Assembly: GCF_014054525.1 (NCBI RefSeq)
Contig: NZ_CP059564.1
Span: 48,357 to 72,356 of the forward strand
Origin: Alysiella filiformis
GTDB taxonomy: Bacteria; Pseudomonadota; Gammaproteobacteria; Burkholderiales; Neisseriaceae
Direction of reading: 5' to 3'
DNA: 24,000 nt
Of the stretch, positions 17,322-24,000 are shown one piece after another. The notes under the pieces were generated by a model, which saw only the letters and a list, made by a program, of their open reading frames with translations, was not told where the DNA came from and ran no database searches. Position 1 is the first letter of the stretch, and the number at the start of each line of letters is the position of its first letter. Made by a program: the position numbers and the translations under genes.

Positions 17322-18806
17322 TCATTCCTCATTCAAATCAAGCTGTTTCAATGCGTCAAATTTCGCTTTCATGGTTGGGTTTTTGCGTGTGAGTTTTTTC
17401 ACGGTCAAATCATCGGCTTTGCGGTTTGCCAGCTCCAAATTGCGCTCAGACGACAACAATTCCGCTTTGGTTTTTTCCAACTCTTTGATACTTTTATCAA
17501 TATGTTCAATGGCAGCCTGAAACTTGCGGCTTGCCAATTCATAATTGCGCGAAAAATTGGTTTTAAACTCGTCCAATTCATTTTCAAAATTGGTGATGTC
17601 AATGTTTTGCGCTTTCATTTTTTGCATTTCCTGCTTGTATTTCAAAGCCTTAAATGAAGTTGTACGCAAAATCGTAATCAAAGGAATGAAAAACTGCGGA
17701 CGAATCACATACATTTTCTCGTATTCGTGCGACACGTCCACAATACCGCTATTATACAAGTCGTTATCGTTTTCCAGCAGCGACACCAGCACCGCATATT
17801 CACAATTTTTTTCGCGGCGGTCTTTGTCCAACTCTTTGAAAAAATGTTCATTTTTCTTTTTGGTGGCGGTGGCATCGTTTTCATTTTTCATTTCAAACAT
17901 AATGGAAACGATTTCCGTGCCATTTTCGTCCAATTCACGGTAAATGTAATCGCCTTTGCTGCCTGAACGCGCGTCATTATCCTTATGAAACAAAGCATTG
18001 GGAAAAGCCGTTGCCCGAATTTGGTTGAACACAATTTCACAATGCTGCTCCAAACTTTCGCCCAGCATTTTGGTGGATTGTTTGGCTTTAAAATCTCGAT
18101 AAAATTCAATGGCTTCATCTTTTTGTTTGAGCTGCATTTCATATTGTTGCTGCAAATTTTGTTTTGCCAACTCGTTTTGGGTTTTCTGCAATTCAAGTTG
18201 TGATTTTAAGTGATTGATTTCTTGTTCTTTTGCTGATTTATTTTCCAGCAACAGGTTTTGCGTTTCCATTTTGTGCAAATTCAATTTATTTTCAGAAAAT
18301 TGCTTTATTTCACGCAATTCATTCTCTTTTTTCATCAATTCTTGTTCAAATTGTGCCGTCAAATTTTGTTGGAGCGCGGCAATTTGGCTGTCAAATTTTT
18401 CTTGCCAAGCGCGAAGTTCGGCATTTTTGGCGGCAATTTCTTGTTTTAATGCGGTTTCGGCTTGGTTCATTGCCAAGCGGCTTTCACTTTCGTGATTGGC
18501 AATTTGCGCTTGCAAATGAATGATTTGCTGCTCTTTTTCCGATAAGGCTGCCTGAAAATCGCGTTGGCTTTCGGCTTTCAACTGCAAAATGTGCTGTTCT
18601 TTTTCGTTTAAGGCTGCCTGAAAATGCTGTTGGTTTTGGGCGTGTTGTAATTGCAAATCGCTGTGGTATTTTTGTTCCAACTGTTTGATTTGTTTTTGCA
18701 ATTCCAATTCAAATTCGCGTGTGCGAACCTGATTTTGAATGTCGGCATAGTGGTTTTCGTCTATGGTAAAGGCGGTGTGGCAATGGGGGCATTTGATGTC
18801 GTGCAT
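17322..18806 (-). CDS. DUF2130-like protein: N-terminal Zn-ribbon, long coiled coil, C-terminal PD-(D/E)xK-like nuclease core
   Basis: Begins MHDIKCPHCHTAFTIDENHY, a C-x2-C ribbon typical of DUF2130 as I recall it. About 230 aa of Q/E/K-rich heptad-like sequence follow. The C-terminus has KGDYIY...SIMFEMKNE (D...ExK). The start could also be the GTG at 18839. Confidence 0.7.
   Translation of the reverse strand: MHDIKCPHCHTAFTIDENHYADIQNQVRTREFELELQKQIKQLEQKYHSDLQLQHAQNQQHFQAALNEKEQHILQLKAESQRDFQAALSEKEQQIIHLQAQIANHESESRLAMNQAETALKQEIAAKNAELRAWQEKFDSQIAALQQNLTAQFEQELMKKENELREIKQFSENKLNLHKMETQNLLLENKSAKEQEINHLKSQLELQKTQNELAKQNLQQQYEMQLKQKDEAIEFYRDFKAKQSTKMLGESLEQHCEIVFNQIRATAFPNALFHKDNDARSGSKGDYIYRELDENGTEIVSIMFEMKNENDATATKKKNEHFFKELDKDRREKNCEYAVLVSLLENDNDLYNSGIVDVSHEYEKMYVIRPQFFIPLITILRTTSFKALKYKQEMQKMKAQNIDITNFENELDEFKTNFSRNYELASRKFQAAIEHIDKSIKELEKTKAELLSSERNLELANRKADDLTVKKLTRKNPTMKAKFDALKQLDLNEE
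18545..18556 (+). repeat. DUS 12-mer AGGCTGCCTGAA
   Basis: Exact; encodes FQAA on the coding (minus) strand of the DUF2130-like gene. Confidence 0.85.
18611..18622 (+). repeat. DUS 12-mer AGGCTGCCTGAA
   Basis: Exact; 66 nt from the previous copy and in the same frame (FQAA). Confidence 0.85.
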
Positions 18807-18844
18807 GGTGTGTTTCTCGCAAAAATTCGTATTATTCACAAAAA

Positions 18845-18856
18845 AGGCTGCCTGAA
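18845..18856 (+). repeat. DUS 12-mer AGGCTGCCTGAA
   Basis: Exact; in the DUF2130-like / ispD divergent intergenic region. Confidence 0.85.
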
Positions 18857-18946
18857 AAAGCCATTTAACAAAAAAATATGATTTAAAAATCAGTCTATTT
18901 CAGTTAAAATAACGTTAAATTTTAAAAAAATCCATTTCCTAAAAAC

Positions 18947-19639
18947 ATGAACACCCGCCGCATTGCCCTGATTCCTGCCGCAGGCATTGGCAGCCGATTC
19001 GGTTCGGAATTGCCAAAACAATATGTTCAAATTGGCGAAAAAACCGTTTTGCAACATACCCTTGATGTGTTTGCCGCCAATGAGCGCATTGACCACATTG
19101 CCGTGGTCATTTCGCCCGATGACAGCTATTTTGATGTGCTGATTAACCTGCCACACAATGGCAGCGTACATCGCGTGGGTGGCAGCAGTCGCGCCCAAAG
19201 CGTGTTTAATGGCGTGAATGAATTGGTGGATTTGGGCATTGCCACCTTGTCCGACAGCATTTTGGTACACGATGCGGCACGGTGTTGCTTGCCCCAAACG
19301 GCACTCAATCGCCTGCTTGACCACACCGAACACAACTACAATGGCGGCATTTTGGCATTGCCTGTTGCCGATACGCTCAAACAGCAAAATGCCCACCAAC
19401 ACATTGCGCGTACCGTATCGCGCGTGGGCATGTGGCAAGCGCAAACGCCCCAATTATTTCAGGCAGCTTTGTTGCAACGCGCCTTGGCAAACGTGAATTT
19501 GAACCACATTACCGATGAAGCCAGCGCGGTGGAACAACTCGGCATATCGCCCATGCTGGTGGAAGGCGACAGCCGCAACATCAAACTCACACGCGCAGAC
19601 GATGCGGCTTTGGTGGCATTTTTATTAACGCAAATGTGA
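18947..19639 (+). CDS. ispD: 2-C-methyl-D-erythritol 4-phosphate cytidylyltransferase
   Basis: 230 aa; IALIPAAGIGSRFGSELPKQY, VLVHDAARCCL and KLTRADD motifs. Confidence 0.9.
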   Translation: MNTRRIALIPAAGIGSRFGSELPKQYVQIGEKTVLQHTLDVFAANERIDHIAVVISPDDSYFDVLINLPHNGSVHRVGGSSRAQSVFNGVNELVDLGIATLSDSILVHDAARCCLPQTALNRLLDHTEHNYNGGILALPVADTLKQQNAHQHIARTVSRVGMWQAQTPQLFQAALLQRALANVNLNHITDEASAVEQLGISPMLVEGDSRNIKLTRADDAALVAFLLTQM

Positions 19640-19660
19640 TTTCAGCCAGCCTGAAATCAC
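19636..19660 (+). repeat. 10-bp-stem hairpin containing a one-mismatch DUS, overlapping the ispD stop
   Basis: gtgatttcag (19636-19645), ccagc, ctgaaatcac (19651-19660). No U tail, so probably not a full terminator. Confidence 0.6.
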
Positions 19661-19678
19661 CGAAAGACAATTTTGATA

Positions 19679-20053
19679 ATGGACATCAATGAAATAGATT
19701 TGGGCATCGCGGTGGTCAGTGGCACCTTGGTGGGTTTTTTGTTGTTTTTTCTGATTATTTGGTTCATCATTCGCCGCTTGCTTGCCAAGCAAGAAAAACA
19801 ATTGGGCTACCCCCATGTGCAAGAAAGTTTTGACGATTTTAAGTTATTGGTTTTTCTGCAACAAGATATTTTTGCCTTGCGGATTTATCGGCGTTTGTAT
19901 CCCAAATCGCATTTATCCGAAGCCAAATACATGATGGACAAAGTGCGCGGCGAAGCCAAAGACAATCTGCAAGAAGCCGCCAATGAAGTGGCACAAAAAA
20001 TTCAGGCAGCCCGCCGCAAAATCAAACCCAAACACATACACAACAAACAATAA
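19679..20053 (+). CDS. Small single-pass membrane protein of unknown function between ispD and ispF
   Basis: 124 aa from the ATG at 19679. One clear TM helix ([26 protein letters not shown]), then a basic soluble tail. Host-like composition; weak RBS. Confidence 0.5.
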   Translation: MDINEIDLGIAVVSGTLVGFLLFFLIIWFIIRRLLAKQEKQLGYPHVQESFDDFKLLVFLQQDIFALRIYRRLYPKSHLSEAKYMMDKVRGEAKDNLQEAANEVAQKIQAARRKIKPKHIHNKQ

Positions 20054-20069
20054 AATCAAAGAGATAAAA

Positions 20070-20549
20070 ATGAAAATTCGCGTAGGACAAGGTTACGATG
20101 TACACCAGTTGGTTGAAAATCGCCCCCTGATTTTGGGTGGGGTTCACATTGATTTTGAAAAAGGTTTGCTGGGGCATTCTGACGCAGACATTTTGCTGCA
20201 CGCCATTACCGATGCGCTTTTGGGCGCGGCTGCTTTGGGCGACATTGGCAAATTTTTCCCCGACACCGCCCCCGAACACAAAGATGCCAACAGCCGCGAA
20301 TTGCTGCGTGTGGCATATCAAGCGGTGCAACAGGCTGGCTGGCAAGTCATCAACGTGGACAGCACCATCATCGCGCAACAACCCAAATTGCGCCCCCACA
20401 TTGATGCCATGCGCCAAAACATTGCCGATGATTTGGGCTTGCCCCTTGATTCGGTAAACGTGAAAGCGAAAACCAATGAAAAATTGGGCTATTTGGGTCG
20501 CATGGAAGGCATGGAAGCCCAAGCCATTGTCTTATTAAGCGAAATTTGA
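20070..20549 (+). CDS. ispF: 2-C-methyl-D-erythritol 2,4-cyclodiphosphate synthase
   Basis: Start at [14 protein letters not shown] (AAGAG RBS). [18 protein letters not shown] and the [10 protein letters not shown] metal/substrate motifs. 159 aa. Confidence 0.95.
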   Translation: MKIRVGQGYDVHQLVENRPLILGGVHIDFEKGLLGHSDADILLHAITDALLGAAALGDIGKFFPDTAPEHKDANSRELLRVAYQAVQQAGWQVINVDSTIIAQQPKLRPHIDAMRQNIADDLGLPLDSVNVKAKTNEKLGYLGRMEGMEAQAIVLLSEI

Positions 20550-20587
20550 TTTTTAGCTACGCTAAAACCCATATTGAAGGAAAAATC

Positions 20588-21256
20588 ATGTCCAAACAAG
20601 ATGAAATGAAACGCTTGGCAGCCGAAAAAGCGGTGGAATTTGTCCCTGAAAATGAATACATTGGCATTGGTACAGGCAGCACGGTCAATTTTTTCATTGA
20701 AGCATTGGGCAAAAGCGGCAAACAAATCAAAGGTGCCGTGTCCACATCACAAAAAAGTGCCGAACTGATGGCGCAATATGGCATTCCCGAAATCCACCCC
20801 AACGAAGCGATGAAATTGGCGGTGTACATTGACGGTGCCGATGAAATCAACCATTCGCTGCAAATGATTAAAGGTGGCGGTGGCGCACACCTGCCTGAAA
20901 AAATCGTGGCAAAATTATCGGAAAAATTCATTTGCATTGCCGATGAAAGCAAATATGTGTCGCGTTTGGGCAAATTTCCTTTGCCGCTTGAAGTGGTGGG
21001 CATGGCACGTTCTATGGTGTCGCGCCAAATTGTGAAAATGGGTGGGCAGCCTGAATTGCGTATTGGTTTCAAATCTTTGCATGGCAATGAAATTGTGGAC
21101 GTGCGCGGTTTGGATTTGTCGCAACCTTTGACCATGGAACGCCAATTAAATGAAATCACAGGCATTGTGGAAAACGGTTTATTTGCCGAACGCCCTGCCG
21201 ATTTGCTGATTTTGGCGCGTGAAAATGGTGTGGTTGAGTTGATTACGCCACATTAA
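20588..21256 (+). CDS. rpiA: Ribose-5-phosphate isomerase A
   Basis: Start at MSKQDEMKRLAAEKAVEFV (AAGGA RBS). GIGTGSTVNFFIEAL, YIDGADEI, KGGGGAHLPEKIVA motifs. 222 aa. Confidence 0.9.
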   Translation: MSKQDEMKRLAAEKAVEFVPENEYIGIGTGSTVNFFIEALGKSGKQIKGAVSTSQKSAELMAQYGIPEIHPNEAMKLAVYIDGADEINHSLQMIKGGGGAHLPEKIVAKLSEKFICIADESKYVSRLGKFPLPLEVVGMARSMVSRQIVKMGGQPELRIGFKSLHGNEIVDVRGLDLSQPLTMERQLNEITGIVENGLFAERPADLLILARENGVVELITPH

Positions 21257-21281
21257 ATGCCCCATTCATCACCAACCCAAG

Positions 21282-21313
21282 CTGCCTGAACCCTTTTCAG
21301 GCAGTTTTGTTTT
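21282..21313 (+). terminator. Rho-independent terminator of rpiA built from a DUS half-site inverted repeat
   Basis: ctgcctgaa (21282-21290), ccctt, ttcaggcag (21296-21304): 9-bp stem, then ttttgtttt (21305-21313). Confidence 0.8.
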
Positions 21314-21326
21314 AAGGAAAAACACC

Positions 21327-22118
21327 ATGTTCCAACCCAAAATCGCCTTTTTTGACATAGACCAAACCCTGTATTTGAAAAACGAAAACCGCGTTCCCGA
21401 CAGCGCACGGCTCGCCCTGCAAAAACTGAATCAACGCGGCATCATCACCGCCATTGCCACAGGTCGGACTTTGGCGGTGCTGCCTGAAAGCATACGCGCC
21501 CTCATCGCCGAATGCGGCATAGAAATGCTGATTTCCGTAAACGGGCAATACATTGAATTTAAAGGTAAAGAGCTGATTTCATTTGCCATGCCACGCGATT
21601 GGATAGAACACATCGCCACCGCCTTGCAATCACAAAATGTGGATTACGCCTTTGTTTGCCGCAACGGTATTTTCGTGTCGCGCAACAATGCCCACATTCA
21701 GGCAGCCGCGCAAGATTTGAATTTGCCCTATTTTGTGGACGCGCTGGCGTATCAAAAATACGATGTTTATCAAATGCTTGGATTTTATCCTGCGGCTTTG
21801 TCTGCCCAAATTGAAGCCCTGTTGCCCCCCAACGTGAAAACAATCCGTTGGCATGAATTTGGTGTGGACATTTTGGACAAAAACGGCTCCAAAGCGCGTG
21901 GCATTTTGGCGGCTTTGGACAAATTGTCATTGAAAATTCAAGATACTATGGCATTTGGCGATGGCTTGAACGATGTGGACATGATTCAAGCCGTGCATTT
22001 GGGCGTGGCAATGGGCAATGCCGAGCCTGAACTCAAAGCCATTGCCGATTACATTGCCCCGAATATTGATGATGATGGCATTTATCGTGCCTTGGTGGAT
22101 TTACAAATCATTGATTAA
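21327..22118 (+). CDS. Cof-type HAD-IIB family hydrolase (sugar-phosphatase-like)
   Basis: 263 aa. HAD motif I FFDIDQTLY, motif II IATGR, motif IV FGDGLNDVDM; cap domain length typical of Cof/YbiV-type. Confidence 0.85.
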   Translation: MFQPKIAFFDIDQTLYLKNENRVPDSARLALQKLNQRGIITAIATGRTLAVLPESIRALIAECGIEMLISVNGQYIEFKGKELISFAMPRDWIEHIATALQSQNVDYAFVCRNGIFVSRNNAHIQAAAQDLNLPYFVDALAYQKYDVYQMLGFYPAALSAQIEALLPPNVKTIRWHEFGVDILDKNGSKARGILAALDKLSLKIQDTMAFGDGLNDVDMIQAVHLGVAMGNAEPELKAIADYIAPNIDDDGIYRALVDLQIID

Positions 22119-22125
22119 AAATAAT

Positions 22126-22764
22126 TTAATTGCTGGTAATGCGTTTTGCCCACGCAAACAATTCATCTAAATCATCATCGCCACCATGCCCCTGCCCCCA
22201 AGGTAAACTGAAATCCACATCTTTGTTTTCATTTTGCAATTTGAGCGCAAGCAAAGCAGGAATCGCCAAAGACGTATCGCGGTCGTTCACGCCATGACGA
22301 ATGCGGTAATATTTTGTTTTGGATTGAAAATTCATCGCGTTCATCATTTTCACAATGTGGGGGTCGGCTTTCAGGCTGCCTGAAACCGTGCTGTGTGTCG
22401 CGCCAAATTCGGTAAAATGCTTTTTATCCACATTGGCATCGCCAAACAAATTGTTCTCGCCTGTGGATAAATCCATGCCATCAAAGGCTGGGTGGTTTTT
22501 TGTCTGCCCACCGCTTTGGCGTAGGCATCAAAATCCACTTTGTCCACCGTGCCATTCACGTCCATTTTGCGATTGGTTTTGATAAGGGTCAGCCAATTTG
22601 CATTTTTTACTTCATCTATTTGATTTTTTGAATATTTTCCAAATTCATTATGCAAAACATTTTGTGCCGACAAAAGCAATATGCGCATGGGCATGTTCAT
22701 TGCCACTTGCATTGCAGGCAGCCAAAGAAACCACCGTTGCACAAGCCAAAAGCATTTTATTCAT
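22126..22764 (-). pseudogene. Truncated, twice-frameshifted tannase-like alpha/beta-hydrolase lipoprotein gene
   Basis: Three frames are needed. (i) ATG 22764 with AAGGA RBS gives the lipoprotein leader MNKMLLACATVVSLAAC and stops after 34 codons. (ii) A frame with ...NEFGKYSKNQIDEV...DFDAYAKAVG. (iii) A frame with NHPAFDGMDLSTGENNLFG...YRIRHGVNDRDTSLAIPALLALKL...FSLPWGQGHGGDDDLDELFAW, which resembles the C-terminal Asp/His region of bacterial tannases as I recall it. No GxSxG nucleophile region is present. Confidence 0.6.
22370..22384. repeat. DUS palindrome TTCAGGCTGCCTGAA
   Basis: Exact 15-mer inside the pseudogene. Confidence 0.85.
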
Positions 22765-23007
22765 CAAATTTTCCTTTCAAATCAATACAAACCCAATCAA
22801 ATAAGAAATTTTATCACAATCATTCTTAAATAAGGCAAAATCAACATTTCCCAAATCATTAAATTGACTTAGAACCTGTGTTCGTCAAATTGATGACTTG
22901 ATTTGATTGACAATTCTTGCGAATACAAAGCAAACCATTAAGATTATGAACGCAGATTCTTAATATTCGTTAAAATCACGATTTCATTTTTTGATGAGAT
23001 AAAACCC

Positions 23008-24000
23008 ATGCCCACCCTTTCCTACCCCACGCCAAATGCAAAAGAACGCAAAATAATCAATGACCTATTTCAATCATCACATGGCGATGTGTTTGCCTAT
23101 TTGGGGCAACACAAAATAGAAGGCACAGGCGAAGTGATACGCGCCCTGCTGCCACAGGCACAGGCGGTGAGCGTGTTGTCGCGCAATAGCCAAAGCATTG
23201 TTTGTAAAATGGAAAAAATCGATGAGCGCGGTTTGTGGGCGTGCAGGCTGCCTGAAAGCCCAACCGACAGCAATCCCTATTTATTGCAAATTATCCAAAA
23301 TAATCAAACCATTATTCAAGAAGACCCCTACCGTTTTGGCAGCTTTTTGGGCGACACCGACCATTGGCTGTTGGCGCAGGGCAAACATTTGCGCCCCTAC
23401 GAAAAATTGGGCGCACATTTGCGTGAAATCAATGGGATACAAGGCGCGTATTTTGCCGTTTGGTCGCCCAATGCCCAGCGCGTTTCCGTGATTGGCGAAT
23501 TCAACGATTGGGACGGGCGCGTTCATGTGATGCGCCGCCACCACGACACGGGCGTGTGGGAGATTTTCATTCCGCATGTGCCATTCAATGCCCTCTACAA
23601 ATTTGAAATTCGGGACAAAAATGGCAATATCCGAGTCAAATCAGACCCTTATGCTTTTGCCACCGAATTGCGCCCCACCACCGCGTCTGTGTTGCGCGGG
23701 CTGCCTGAAAAAATGCCCGTACCCCAATTTCGCCAAAAAAACAATGCCATAGATGCCCCCATTTGCATTTACGAAGTGCATTTGGGTTCGTGGCGCAGAA
23801 AAGCGGACAATGCGTGGCTCACTTACACCGAATTGGCAGAGCAACTGATTGATTATGTAAAAGAAATGGGGTTTACCCACATTGAATTGTTGCCGATTTC
23901 AGAATACCCGTTTGACGGTTCGTGGGGCTATCAGGCAACGGGTTTGTATGCGCCAACCAGCCGTTTTGGTTCACCGCAAGAATTGCAATTTTTGGTGCAA
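23008..24000 (+). CDS. glgB: 1,4-alpha-glucan branching enzyme, 5' partial (runs off the window)
   Basis: Not in the ORF track because it is open-ended. My translation from the ATG at 23008 is open for 331 codons: [111 protein letters not shown]. Confidence 0.93.
   Translation, partial: MPTLSYPTPNAKERKIINDLFQSSHGDVFAYLGQHKIEGTGEVIRALLPQAQAVSVLSRNSQSIVCKMEKIDERGLWACRLPESPTDSNPYLLQIIQNNQTIIQEDPYRFGSFLGDTDHWLLAQGKHLRPYEKLGAHLREINGIQGAYFAVWSPNAQRVSVIGEFNDWDGRVHVMRRHHDTGVWEIFIPHVPFNALYKFEIRDKNGNIRVKSDPYAFATELRPTTASVLRGLPEKMPVPQFRQKNNAIDAPICIYEVHLGSWRRKADNAWLTYTELAEQLIDYVKEMGFTHIELLPISEYPFDGSWGYQATGLYAPTSRFGSPQELQFLVQ
23245..23256 (+). repeat. DUS 12-mer AGGCTGCCTGAA
   Basis: Exact; inside glgB (encodes RLPE). 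Confidence 0.85.

Noticed and set aside
18879-18892. Perfect 14-bp palindrome TGATTTAAAAATCA in the DUF2130-like / ispD divergent region
   Set aside because: It is short and entirely AT-rich in an AT-rich promoter region, so it is plausibly chance. No second copy or recognisable regulator consensus was found.

Overview
This is a 24-kb chromosomal window from a member of the Neisseriaceae. The family call rests on about one copy per kb of the 12-nt DNA uptake sequence AGGCTGCCTGAA, mostly embedded in the 15-nt palindrome TTCAGGC[A/T]GCCTGAA. From memory this is the Simonsiella/Kingella-type DUS dialect. All homology calls come from reading the supplied translations and recalling family motifs; no searches were run.

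Minus-strand genes from the left: rtcR (sigma54/CARF regulator), whose start overlaps the apbE stop, then the complete Na+-NQR operon nqrFEDCBA. A 225-bp repeat insertion lies between nqrF and nqrE. Next comes a 2.1-kb AT-rich, DUS-free insert holding the only plus-strand genes in this half. These are a leaderless 391-aa protein with an intact GH19/COG3179 lysozyme-like C-terminus and a 134-aa exported partner. I read the pair as a candidate lytic toxin/immunity (bacteriocin-like) module and consider it the most interesting thing in the window.

After the insert come an orphan amino-acid-binding lipoprotein, a tyrosine phenol-lyase plus tyrosine permease pair (tpl-tyrP), a membrane-fused spermidine-synthase-like protein, and a DUF2130-type protein (Zn-ribbon, coiled coil, nuclease-like). 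Then follow ispD, a small membrane ORF, ispF, rpiA, a Cof-type HAD hydrolase, a frameshifted and truncated tannase-like lipoprotein pseudogene, and the 5' part of glgB.

Non-coding structure is rich: a 322-bp MITE-like element with 47-nt inverted ends, a CCCTCCCC/GGGGAGGG hairpin repeat family at three loci, DUS hairpins acting as likely terminators, and a 47-bp palindrome in the tpl/speE-like divergent region. I saw no rRNA, tRNA, CRISPR array, transposase or integrase.
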